Positions 23,231-35,210 of a stretch of DNA of 64,000 bases are shown here, piece after piece. Position numbers and translations under genes: made by a program. How positions within the stretch are numbered: position 1 is the stretch's first letter; each line of letters starts with the position of its first letter. The DNA comes from Leucoraja ocellata (taxonomy: Eukaryota), in contig JAWMAR010000711.1 in the NCBI GenBank assembly GCA_036785375.1, forward strand, positions 62,001 to 126,000, in the 5' to 3' direction. The notes beneath the pieces were generated by a model that ran no database searches, was not told the origin of the DNA, and worked only from the letters and a program-made list of their open reading frames with translations.

Positions 23231-24324
23231 ATGATTGAGTGCCTGTTAACAAGGGCAGCTGTCACAGGCCAGGGGGTTGTCCACACATTGGAGTGGGGTG
23301 GACAACTAGGAATGGCACTGAGGCGGTGGGTGATATGAAGCCCAAGCTGCCCCTGCTTGTCCGGACACTACAGGCTCAGTGGTAGCATGGGTGTCAGGGC
23401 AACAGTTCTCATTGCCCATAAACCAGCACGCCGTCGGAAGAGGCAAAGCTGCTACGGGAATTTTCAACACGTACTGTCGACTGATGACACACCTCCCAAT
23501 GGTAGGATTCAGCCATCTTGAGAAGGTCCTTGGCTGTGTATCATTGATGCTGTTTGTGACTGTGCCGGAGTGTGTAAGAGTTGTGTAACAAGCACTGATG
23601 TGAGTGTTTCAGGATATGTGTGCCCATGAAGATATCTGCATGTTTGTGAGATTCCAAATAGTGAGTCTGTGGGTATGAACGTATGTATGTACATGTGGAA
23701 TAAAAATGTGTCTGCAAATTTTTTACATTACAAAGATGCATGTGAATTAGTTTGTGTGTGTGTAATACCTTCCTTTATTGATCCACTAAATGAATCCTGT
23801 GTTATTTATGATATCATTGGCAGTCCTTAACTGTCTGATGATTTGGATTAATAGCCTGATATAAACGATATAAAGGAACAATGAACAATAATGGGCATGA
23901 AGTTGACTGATTCATATTTGGTACTTGGTATTGATGTAAATATTCCCAGGTGATTTATAACATCAGGCCTTCCAGGAGTTATTAGGCTGATGGCTGCCAG
24001 GAAATTTTAATCCGAGTGCCATAACCAAAAATATAACCATCAACAAGTTGTCTCAGGCCCAGACAGACCCTGATTGTTTGCTTGTTATTAATATCTTGAA
24101 GGGACCTGGGCCAATGTGTGTAACGTAGAGGGTGGGTCTCTTTCACCCAATAACAAGCAGGGTGTATGTTCGAGAACCAGCTGGGTCAGTCAAGGTGCAA
24201 CATGTTTTGGTTCCTTTCCCCAGAAGCTAAACAGCTTGAATCTTTAAAACGGTGATGATGTTTTGATGGGTTTGGCACACAGAATACTTACAGTGTTCAA
24301 AAACAAAGTGCCATAAACCTAGTG

Positions 24325-24492
24325 TGTAGGAAGGAACTGCAGATGCTGGTTTAAGCCAAAGATAGACACAAAAAGCAGGAGTAAATCAGTGGGGTAGGCA
24401 GCATCTCTGGAGAGAAGGGATGGGTAACGTTTTGGGTCGAGACCTGAAGAAGCCTACCCCGCTGAGTTACTCTAGCATTTTACATCTATCAT
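24325..24492. repeat. PLE terminal repeat with partial inverted copy
   Basis: aaggaactgcagatgctgg...gtcgagacc followed by cccgctgagttactctagc. Confidence 0.7.
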
Positions 24493-24683
24493 TGTCCACA
24501 AATCTATCAGGGATTTTCAGAGGAAATGTTTTGTACTTATTGTGGTAGGATTGTGGAATATGCCGTGGGAGGGAGTGGTGGAGGTGAGAATCATTTATCA
24601 GTGGTGCTCAGAACATTGGCTGTCTGAAAAGCAAAGTAAAACAAATGAGCTTGGCGAAGCCAGGAGCTGATATAGAAAATGAT

Positions 24684-24850
24684 GGTAGACAAAAATGCTG
24701 GAGAAACTCAGCGGGTGAGGCTGAAGAAGGGTTTTGACCTGAAACGTTGCCTATTTCCTTCGCTCCATTGATGCTGCCTCACCCGCTGAGTTTCTCCAGC
24801 ATTTTTGTCCATCTTCAGTTTAAACCAGCATCTGCAGTTCCTTCTTTAAC
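24684..24850 (+). mobile_element. Short PLE-terminus insertion (inverted 5' piece plus hammerhead motif)
   Basis: ctgaagaagggttttgacctgaaacgtt; flanked by atagaaaat(g/a)atgg duplication. Confidence 0.75.
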
Positions 24851-25511
24851 ATAGAAAATAATGGAATCACTTTGGTCACCCCACTGTGGCCAAAGAAAGA
24901 TCTGGATTACAAATGTAAACTGGTATTGACAGGAGTTCTGTGAATTTTTGTTTAGTTTAAGCCATTTCTTGCAGCACTTTTGGTCTGGGGAGGAATCAGC
25001 TTGACCTGGGAGCTTCCTCGAATGGCTCTAGTGTCCAGTCAAATATTAGCAGGGCCAGAGAAACTCACAGCCCTAGCGAATCTGAACAAATATGTGTAGA
25101 AGGCCTTTTAATCATAACATACATGGATAGGACAAGTTTTGAGGGACATGGACCCAACACAGGCACGTGGGACTGGTGTAGTTGGCAGGTGTTGGCCGGT
25201 GTGGGCAAGTTGGGCCGAAGGGCCTGTTTCCACACTGTATCACTCTGTGCCTGTCTGTGATGTTTGGAAAATAGCTGTTCAGCTTTAGCCCTCTCAACCG
25301 ACAGCACTAGAAGTGGCAGCTCATCAAGTACTGTTGAAACATGAAGAGTGTTGGTGTCTCTCCCACCTTTTCAGGTGGTAAATCCCAGACCCCTTCATCC
25401 CGTGCGTCCTCATCTCCTCTCTAATCCTTCCACTAATTACTTTAAATCTACACTCTCTGGTTGGTGATTAGGGAACTTGGTGCTTCCTTTTAACTCTCTG
25501 CAGGACCCTCA

Positions 25512-26041
25512 TCTATCTATATATTACTAAAATTCTCATCTTGTTTGTTTGCAGATTTGTGTTGTACCTCTATCTGCGCAAACACCTATATTATACACAA
25601 TAGCGCTACAATTTTTGCCCCACCTTACTTACCGTTGTCCTTTGCTGTAAATGAAACAAGGTTTGTTCAGATTGATGGTATATTTTAAAAGTTATTAACA
25701 TTTAAAAAAAAACACCTTAAAAAAGCGCCTCCACCCGCACATGGGCAGTTGGGGGAGAGTTCCTGTGCGTGTCTTTACTGGCATCACAAAGGGCACCCAA
25801 AGGGTCCTCAGCTGCACCTGCGCAGTTGGGGCCCATCCTGAATTCAGATCGCCATCTTTTTTTCACAACGGCAACACGGGAACACGGTTAAGATTACATC
25901 CATTTTAATTTCTGCCACCCCGGGCCCGCAGGGATCCGCCGCCTTGGCGCTGAGGTTGGGGCTCTGTCGGCGGTTTGCATTGGGGAACGGGTTGCGTTGG
26001 GGGACCAGGCCTCCCGTGGGACAGGGTCCCACTTAGTCTAG
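25512..26041 (+). mobile_element. Non-autonomous Helitron-like element
   Basis: 5' TC(TATCTATATATTACTAAAA), subterminal hairpin GTGGGAC-agg-GTCCCAC (26016-26032), 3' CTAG, inserted between A and T with no TSD. Confidence 0.8.
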
Positions 26042-26607
26042 TAACCTTATATATTTCTTTTAAGTCTCCCCTCTGGATCCGCTGTTGCTAAGAAAGTAAC
26101 TCCAGCTTTTGAAATCTTTCTTCCCACCAACAATTTCAGCAGCATCCCGTTAAATCTCCTCAGCACCCTCTTCAGTTTAATTAGATTTTTCTTCTCCTGA
26201 CCACCTATCAATTTTTTCCAGAGATGCTGCCTGGTTCGCTGAGTTACTCCAGCATTTTGTGTCTATCTTTGGTATAAACTAGCATTTGCAGTTCCTTTTT
26301 ATTAGCTTAGATCTTTTGTGTAAAGTTGTGACCAGAACTGTGCACAGCGCTCAGACTGCAACCCTATGGGTGGTGTCTTAGTTCTAACATAACCACCACC
26401 CTATCCCTGTTACCTGCTTTTAAATGCACAGATTCTCTTGCCCAGAGTAGGGGAATCAAGGACCAGATGATATAGGTTTAAGGTGAAGAGGAAAAGATTT
26501 AGCAAGAATCTGTGGGGTATCCTTTTCACACAACCGGTGGTGGGTGTATGGAGCAAGCTACTAAACGAGGTAGTTGAGGCAGGGACTATCCCAACATTTA
26601 AGAAACA

Positions 26608-28708
26608 CGAGACTAAGTGGGACCTATTGGGTCCCAGTCACATGGGAGGCCTGGTCCCCCAATGCAACTCGTTCCCCAACGCAATATTCCACCCCTCACC
26701 CGTTCCCCCAATGCAACCCTTTCCCTACATGCAATATTCCACCACTCACCCATAGCCCCCACGGGAGGCCTGGACCCCAAAGCAACCTGTTCACCAATGC
26801 AATATTCCAGGTGGAACAACTTCAACCTTTGTAGATGGCATTCATCGGCCTCACTAAGGCCTTCGACTCGGTATCAAGGGAACTCTTATGGGACGTCCTA
26901 TCCACCTTTGGATGTCCTGAAAAGTACATTTGAATCCTGAGACTCCTCCACGATGACATGCTTTCCACTGTCATGGCCAGCAACAGTAATTGTGAGCCAT
27001 TTCAAGTCAGATCAGGAGTGAAACAGTGATGCATGATTGTCCCAACACTGTTCATTATCTTCATTGCGACAACCATCCACATCATCTCTCCTCCAATGTC
27101 GACCTTGATGACGAGACCCAACATCGTCTTAAGTGTGCTGGAACAGCTTTTGACGTCTTCAAATGAGAGTCTTTCAAAATTGTGACATCCGAACAGACAC
27201 CAAAATGTTAGTGTAGAAATCAGTGGTGATTCCAACGCTCCGGTTAGCATCAGAAACCTGGACAACATACCGACACCATCTGAAAACACTTGAAAAGTTC
27301 CATCAACGATGTCTTCGAAGCAGCTTAAATATCAGTTGGGAAGACAGAAGAACCAACGTCAGCGTGCTGAATGAAGCGGAAACATCTAGCATCGAAGCCT
27401 TCGTCATCAAGAACCAACTAAGATAGGTCGGTCATGTTGTTTGGATGGAAGACGAGCATCTACCAAAGCAAACCCTTCTACTCCCAGCTTAAGGAAGGCA
27501 AACATAAAAGAGGCGGGCAAAAGAAGAGATTCAAAGACGCCTTAAAAGCCAGCATGAAGAAATGTGAAATCGACATCGACAATTGGGAAACCAATGCCAA
27601 GGATGGAAAACTCTGGCGGACCATCACCCAAGAAGGAACACCGACCTTCAAAGCCAAGAGATGCGCAGAATTAGAAGAAAAGAGAAGAAAACGGAAAGAG
27701 AGGCAGCACCAACCAAAGCCCGATCTGCCATCTGGAGTTACCTGTCCTGAATGCCGAAGAACTTTCAACGCCAGGATTGGAATCATAAGCCACCTGAGAG
27801 TTCATAAAAACAACAGAACTTAAACCATCATCCTCGACCTCGAGGGATAGACCCGACGAAGATTCCACCACTCACCCGTTCCCACAACGCAATATTCCAC
27901 CACTCACTCATAGTCCCTAACTGCGCAGGCACGGCTCATTTACCCTCATCCACAGCACTCCCTCCCCCTCCTCTTCATCCTCTTCTTTCCCCTCTCCCCC
28001 CTCCCCTAATCCCTCCCTCACCTCTCCTTTTCCTTTCCACTACCCACTATCACTCCCTCCCTCCCTCCATGACTAATCTTCTCTCCCTACACCCCTCCTA
28101 TCCCTCTATCCCCACCACCCACTCTCCTTCTTCACCTCCCCCACTTTCCCCCCTCTCCCTCCCTACCCCTCCTCTTTCTCAATCCTGCCACTCTCCGTCC
28201 TCACCTCCCCTGGATCGCGAGGTTGCAGCAGTTGGTCTCGCAGTCAGTCCCAGAGTCTCCCTCCTCACCACCCCAGGATCTCGATGTTGCAGCTGTTGGA
28301 GTGGGACTCGGAGTCGGCCAGGCTCTGTTCGCTCCGCTCCTTCAGCTGTATTCTCCCCGCCTGTGAGAGACAGAGAACCCAGCCAATCAGTGCGGCGATG
28401 TTGCGCCGGAAGGGGCATCGCCATCCCGGCCTGGGTGTCACCGTCCCGGGTGACTGACAGGAGAGGAGACCAATCTTGCGCATGTGCGGTTTTTACGATT
28501 TTTAAACCTAAATAACTTTTAAATTATACCATCAATCAGAATAAAACGTGTTGCACTTGAGCACAGGAGAATGGTGAGTAAGGTGGCGAAATATCGTAGC
28601 ACTATAGTGTACCGTTTTTACGCAAATAGAAAATCCACATAAACCGGAAGAGCACAAGATCAGAGTTTTAGTGTATAGACAGAATAGATAGATAATAGAT
28701 AGACAGAT
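26608..28708 (-). mobile_element. Second Helitron-like element of the same family, inside a CR1 3' end, carrying an RTE insertion
   Basis: Minus strand ends GGGACC-caata-GGTCCC-acttagtCTCG|T; 5' region tctat..ctaaaactctgatcttg; CR1 sequence resumes on both sides; 5' boundary approximate. Confidence 0.7.
26810..27862 (+). mobile_element. RTE-clade LINE fragment
   Basis: LTKAFDSVSR, LEKFHQRCLR..ISWEDRRTN..QLR, GGQKKRFKD, C-terminal CPECRR..HLRVH. Confidence 0.85.
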
Positions 28709-29188
28709 AAATAGCTTTAGACAGGTACATGGATAGGACAAGGTTTGGAGGGATCTGGACCAAACACGGGCAGGTGGGACTATTGGAGCAGGGGACATGT
28801 TGGCCAGTGTAGGCAAGTTAGGCCGAAGGGCCTGTTTCCACACTGTCTCACTCTATGACTAAATTCCCAGCCATTCTGCTTCATTGAGCTTTAATCCACC
28901 ACTCACTCATAGTCATTGCGTTTATTGTATTAAAACAGTCTTTCACCCACGGCACAGTGCTTTATATTATTTGGTGGAATGAAGAATCTGAGGGAGTGCT
29001 ACTCGAACACACTGCATAAGTGGTGAGGATTTGGGACACATCTCATTTGGCTGCATATCTCAGTGATCAAACATTGGTGTGGATGATACCGATTACACTT
29101 GAAAAGAAGGGAAAGGGCTGGAGTTTGAAAGTTTACTCCCCAACTTGGGACATGCAAGTACTTTGCAGCCAAAGAAACTTCACAATGA

Positions 29189-29320
29189 TTGTTTAAGAAG
29201 GAACTGCAGATGCTGGAAAATCGAAGGTAGACAAAAATGCTGGAGAAACTCAGCGGGTGAGGCAGCATCTATGGAGCGAAGGAAAAAGGTGACATTTCGG
29301 GTCAAGACCGTTCTTCAGAC
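29189..29320 (-). repeat. PLE terminal repeat with degenerate hammerhead motif
   Basis: Same consensus as 17768-17866; flanked by acaatg(a/c)ttgtt. Confidence 0.75.
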
Positions 29321-29794
29321 AATGCTTGTTATCAGTGCTGTAGGAAATGCCAAAGGCTGAACCCGCTCTGATATTCTGAGAAATATGGTGCACTGCTCAG
29401 TGGTTGCGTGAAAAGCTTAAATGGCGGAAAACTATTTGGAAAAAAAACTGAGGAGAGAGGGCTTTAGATGTAAAGTGCAGATTGATAGAGGTTGACAGAG
29501 GGCCGTTGTTTTATTGGATATTAAGTCTAAGGCCATCCATCCAGCACTAGCCATGTTCTGTAACTCTTAGTTCCAACCAGTTTGTTTTTGTTCCTCTATA
29601 CTCCATCTAACTCCCCTAGATACACTCCTGCAGACAGCTCCGCTGTGGATAACTAACATTTGTCAACCCCCTACCTGGAAGGCATCAAAGGCATGTGTGT
29701 TGCGAGGACAACATAGCTTTCCACCTACTCACACCTCCCTTGTTCTCTAAACCTTTCTTTGCAGCTTAAAACTACATTTGTTTTATTATTATTA

Positions 29795-29826
<32 letters not shown>

Positions 29827-32101
29827 TTAATATTTCCGATTGAAGGGTCCTTGACCCGCAACATCTATTCCATTTCTCTATCCACAGATGCTGTCTGACC
29901 GGCTGAGTACCTTCAGAATCGTATCTGTAGACCTTTGCCTTCAAATTCAAATCACAGCACACTTGGCAGACACGTTTGAAGCTGCTTAAATCCTAAACGT
30001 TTCACCTCTAACATTTTCACTTTCTTTAACCTGAGTACTTATCTCGGTATTGCCTTCTTTGTTCAATGTCAACTCTTGTCTGACAACATTCCTGTCAAAT
30101 ATTACTGGAGATGTTATTGTTTAATGGTACCTATCAGACAACTCAGTCAGTGATGTCGTTCACAGATATAATCGGGTAAATTATGCGTAGTGATACTTCC
30201 CGGTCTTTGGTTGAAGGAGTACAAAACATATTAAGGGTAGTCTCCAAGATTTCTTGTGACTCTCCTGCCTGCAGTGTGTTCTGATATCACCATATCTAAA
30301 TTGGATTCCAGAGACATCATTCCTACCCAAGCATGCAGAGCATGAAGGGAAGGCAAAGATATCCACACATTGTAATAACGACATGTAGAGAATAAAGGAG
30401 ACAGAACAAAATACAGTTTAAAACAGCTCAAGTATATTGTTCATGCTGCTAGTTACACCGGTCGCTTAAGCCATCTGATTCTAGTATGTGGATCCCCGCA
30501 TACCAGGAAGTGGAACTTGCACACAAATCATGCAACGAATGTACGTACGTACATGAGAGAAACAATGTAATGTTATGAAGTAGATCTTTCGAGAGTACAG
30601 CAGCTTGTTCAGCAGTTGCCACTAGATTTGGTTTCCTCGGTGGATTCTTGATATGTTTTCCTCACCAATTGCACTCTCCCGAAGGTGCTGGCTTTGCTTC
30701 TCGATGAGTTCTTGTTGCATTCTTTGTCATTGTTCACTCAAGGCTTGGCAGTGAGTCTTGATGGACTTCTCAGAGATATAAATGTCCCAATCCAACCTGC
30801 CTATCTCCTCGGGATGTCCATCGGATGGCAATGAGCGGCAAGCACTGACTGAACATCACCTGTCTAGCATTGAGATATTCCGGCTAATTGTAACCCTCCA
30901 GCCTTCATCCTGGTGGAACTCAATCGAGTCAACACAGGCTGCCAACCGAAACTGGCAGCGTAACGTTTATGCAGCTCATCTACACACAGGAGACATTCGG
31001 CGAGCCATTGCAACAACAAGTTATTACATTTAGCCTCTCTTCAACAGTTCATTGTTTTAGAAGAGAAATAGAGTTTAAAAATATTAAGAAACATTTTTAA
31101 AGTCTTATGAAGCTAGAATATAAACTGGCCATGTTACCCGTTTTAAAGTAATCGACAGAAACGGAAGTAATCTTTTGTTAATAATGTCAATGAACTTTGA
31201 TGGCATCCCACACTATTCACATCCGCACCAGGCTCCCTCGCGTAATGCATTCTCCTGATTGCTTTAAAGATCTCACATTCGGCTCAAAAATTTGATAAAC
31301 CAATTATTTAGCAAAATCACACCAGGCGTGATGCACTGGAGAACCGTCTCCCTCTCCAAAAACTCAAGCAGGTCCAGGTGTCCCGTGTGAGAGGGCAATG
31401 TCTGTTTATTATGTGTGTGAACCAATGCTGCTGGCAGATAATGGTGCAGCCCATTGCTGAAGACCAAGAGAGACATCCTAGGGAATTTAGTGAAGTGTGG
31501 GGTGCGAGACTTTGAGTGGGCAATTGCAGCTTTCGTTACTCCAGTATTAGAATATATCAACCCTGCTTAAAGATAAAAGCCTAATCACCAAACCTTTCCA
31601 TGGCAGCTGGATTTGCCTGCATTTCTAATGTTGGAAGACATGATTGCATTTCCACTGCAGTTACATGTGGTTGCATTTCCAATGCAGTCGTGTATTGTTG
31701 CATGTTTGCTTCTGGCAGTATTGGTCAAGTACACACTGGAGTTATATATACATGTGGCCTCATTTTTACTGCAATTCAATACAGTTGCCTTTCTGGTATC
31801 TATATTTTTAAGATCTGACCAACATTATTTCATGGAATCTCAACAATGAAACCTGAAACTGCTTGAATTTACATTAAAAATTACAACAATTTACAAACAT
31901 TAGAGAGCCATTTGATATATTATTTCATATCCCTGCACAAAATACCTAATCATTGCTAGAGAAAATACGTGATTGAATAAACATTCTTACACCAGATTTA
32001 CAAATTGAGCACTGAATTGTTTGGTTTGCATAGTGAAAGTTCCGACTTTACAAGATTTATTTTAAATCCATTTGATAGTCAGGTGATGTTTTGTTAGTTC
32101 A

Positions 32102-32286
32102 TCACTTTCTTTTGAACATTTTTATTGAAATGATTATGACGGCTATGGCCAGGACAAGGGCCAGTACAAACAAAATCCACTGCCCTGCCTTTGCCTGGTC
32201 TGGTGCTAAACTCAATCCCAGAAAAGCCACATTGCTGTTTGCGGGAGCTGATGTTGTCGGAGCTGAAGGTTCAGTGGATGCGAAGG
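32102..32286 (-). CDS. ACE: ACE last coding exon (stalk, TM helix, short tail)
   Basis: TTTCCAG|CC acceptor, phase 1; AFASTEPSAPTTSAPANSNVAFLGLSLAPDQAKAGQWILFVLALVLAIAVIIISIKMFKRK*; matches human [21 protein letters not shown]. Confidence 0.9.
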
Positions 32287-32566
32287 CTGGAAAGGAAGCA
32301 GTGAAAGTTAATCCCTGTTCTGATGCATTGACGATCAGAGCACTGGCTGCCCTGATCAGCCTGCCCTGTGCTTCTCTCTGAGTGATCTGAGCAGCCTTCC
32401 TGCACATCCCCTTACTTTGCTCAAAATATCACAATGGCTGCAAAACATTCCCTCTCTGCCCTCACCCTCTACACCTACAACCTATGGGGAGAGGAGGTTT
32501 TCTAATTGTGTGTTTCTTGATTTCAATCCCAAACATTCCATTTCGAATTTAGTCAGATTACCCACC

Positions 32567-32885
32567 TCATAGAAACATAGAAACATAGAAAATAGGTGCA
32601 GGATGAGGCCATTCGGCCCTTCGAGCCAGCACCGCCATTCATTGTGATCATGGCTGATCGTCCCCTATCAATAACCCGTGCCTGCCTTCTCCCCATATCC
32701 CTTGACTCCACTAGCCCATAGAGCTCTATCTGACTCTCTCTTAAATCCATCCAGTGACTTGGCCTCCACTGCCTCTGTGGCAGGGAATTCCATAAATTCA
32801 CAACTCTCTGGGTGAAAAAGTTTGTTCTCATCTCAGTCTTAAATGACCTCCCCTTTATTCTAAGACTGTGGCCCCTGGTTCTGGT
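32567..32885 (-). mobile_element. CR1 3' end
   Basis: FFTQRVVNLWNSLP plus (TTTCTATG)n tail. Confidence 0.85.
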
Positions 32886-33217
32886 CCTTATTTGGCTATA
32901 TCCTTAATATTCTATTGTGAAAGGAAGGCAAGCCTGTTTTCTGGTGATATGATCTAACCCTTTAAATCCCAGTATTCAGGTAAATCCACGGTCTACTCTT
33001 CCAATGCCAATATAAACTTCCGGAGTTGTTGCTCAGATTGAACACTGTTTTAAAACATATCAGTCGGAGCCAAACTCCAACCTTTTATTATCACAACTTT
33101 TTGAAGGTATGGGTCAATTCCTGAGGGCTTTCCATGAGTTCATTATAATTATCCCTAACAATTAGCACATTGGCACAGCTCATTGAATTGGTGTTTCACA
33201 GCTCCAGTGACCAGGAT

Positions 33218-33830
33218 ATGAATGAATAAATACGTTTATTGGCCAAGTATGTACACATACAAGGAATTTGCTTTGGTGCTCCGCTCACAAGTAACAACAC
33301 GACATACGGTAAACAATTAAGAATAAACCATAAAACATTGAAACATTAAGAATAAAACATTATAGTTTAAACATGCGAATGAAATAAAATACCAGAGCAA
33401 AAGGAGGCTACAGACTTTTGGTTATTGAGTAGAGCTACTGCTTGTGGAAAAAAGCAGTTTTTATGTCTGGCTGTGGTGGCTTTGACAGTCCAGAGTCGTT
33501 TTCCATAGGGAAGTGATTCCACGAGTTTGTGGCCAGGGTGAGAGGGGTCAGAGATGATATTACCCGCTCGCTTCCTGAGGCCCTTGCAGTGTACAGTTCG
33601 TCAATGGGGGGAAGGTTGCATCCAACAACCTTCTCAGCTGATCGAACGATTTGCTGTAGCCTCTGGATGTCATGCTTGGTGGCTGAGCCAAACCAGACGA
33701 TGATGGAGAAGGTGAGGACACACTCTACAAGTATAGAATTGGGCCATCATTGCCTGTGGCAGATTTTGTTTCCTCAGTTGCCGCAGGAAGTACATCCTCT
33801 TTTGGGCCTTGTTGACTGTGGAGTCGATGG
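33218..33830 (-). mobile_element. Rex1/Babar-type LINE 3' fragment
   Basis: Minus strand KAQKRMYFLRQLRK...VWFGSAT...DPSHPGH. Confidence 0.75.
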
Positions 33831-34559
33831 TTTCTTGGGGTCTCTGTGAAATGTAGACATTCTCCCCATGACAATGTGGGCTTTATCCTGGAGCACTAGT
33901 TTCCTCCCACTTCCCAAAGACCTGTGTCTACTGTAAATTGTGGAATTAAGGCCGGATAACTATGAATAACACACGGACATTTCCCATTCACCAGCACCAC
34001 TCTAGCAGTGCAGCAGCCATGTTGCAACAGTGCTGATGTTAGGAAGGGATAGTATTTGTGCTACAGCATGTATTGTTGTTGTAAGGCAATGGTCCCATAC
34101 TTTTGTTGTACCGTAGTCATCCGGCAGCTTGCAGCAACCATATTATAACAGAATAGCAGCTATACTCTAGTGGTTCTGCTGCAGTTTTGCAGGCATAATG
34201 CAGCAGTACTGTGAGGATGCAGTATTGGTATTGGTTTATTATGGTTATATGTACCAAGATAAAATCAAAAACTTTGTTTTGCATACTATCCAGTAGTAGA
34301 AGACCATACAGTGCATTAGTACAACAGAGAGTGCAAAGAGAGAAAACAAACAGAGTGCAGAGTATAGTAGTTCTTCTATAATGTGCAGTTTAAAAATGCA
34401 AATACTGCAAAAAGGTAGAGTGTAAGTTGTCCAAAGAAGAGTTCCATCCTGAAACATCGCCTATCCATTCCCTCTTTTGATACAACTTGACACCCAGCAC
34501 TTTGCGTTTCACTCAAGGTAGATTGTAAGATCGGGGCTATATCCTAGCCTTCGAGAGGT

Positions 34560-35210
34560 CTGTTGGAGCAGAATTAGGCCACTTAGACATGAGCGTGAAG
34601 GGAGTTTAGCAAGGGGCTGCGGCTGCAGTCTTGTTGAGCATTAGTCTTGAGAATTATCCGAGAGACTGTTTTGTTGCCTGTTTTCACTGATGTGATCTAT
34701 GGGTCAGAAGATCAAGCATCGAGAAGCAGAAGGGGGTGCTGAGGCCTAGGTCCAGGAGCTTGTAGATGATTTTGATGAAATTAAGGTATTGAAGATGGAG
34801 TTATAGTCCATAAATGGAAGTCTAACGTAGGCGTCCTTGTTTCAGGGATGAGTTTGAGGCTGGGAGATGACGTCAGCTGTGGACCCGTTGTGACACTTGC
34901 GTACTGCATTGGGTCTGGACTGTCTTGAAGGCTGGAGTTGATGAGTGATGTGACCAGTCCCTTGAAGCACTGGCAGTTCTAGACAGTAGATGACAGAACT
35001 CAGGACGTTAGTCATTAAGGCACACTACTGATTTTTGCTTTGGCACTTGGATAATTGTGATATTCTTCAAGCAGGTGTGAACCTCAGATTGGCACAGGGA
35101 GAGGATAAAGATATCTTCAAGTGCTCCTGCCAACTGGTCCATGCAGGCTCAGAGAACAAGGCTGGGGACTCCATCCAGGCCAGTTGCATTCTGTGGCTAA
35201 AGGTAGCAGT
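34560..35210 (-). mobile_element. Degenerate Rex1/Babar-type RT fragment
   Basis: Remnants of 'AAWMES/KAAGPD', 'PNDTMT..ALT', 'DYNSIFNT' type sequence; judged by eye. Confidence 0.5.

Noticed and set aside
30181-30431. Short minus-strand ORFs as exons
   Set aside because: No recognisable homology or convincing splice context
8100-32000. KCNH6 first exon (MPVRRGHVAPQNT) or an ACE3-like duplicate downstream of ACE
   Set aside because: Looked for by eye on both strands and not found; a short exon could have been missed
32287-32407. N-terminal part of ORF 32102-32407 as coding
   Set aside because: Upstream of the TTTCCAG acceptor at 32287-32288, so intronic
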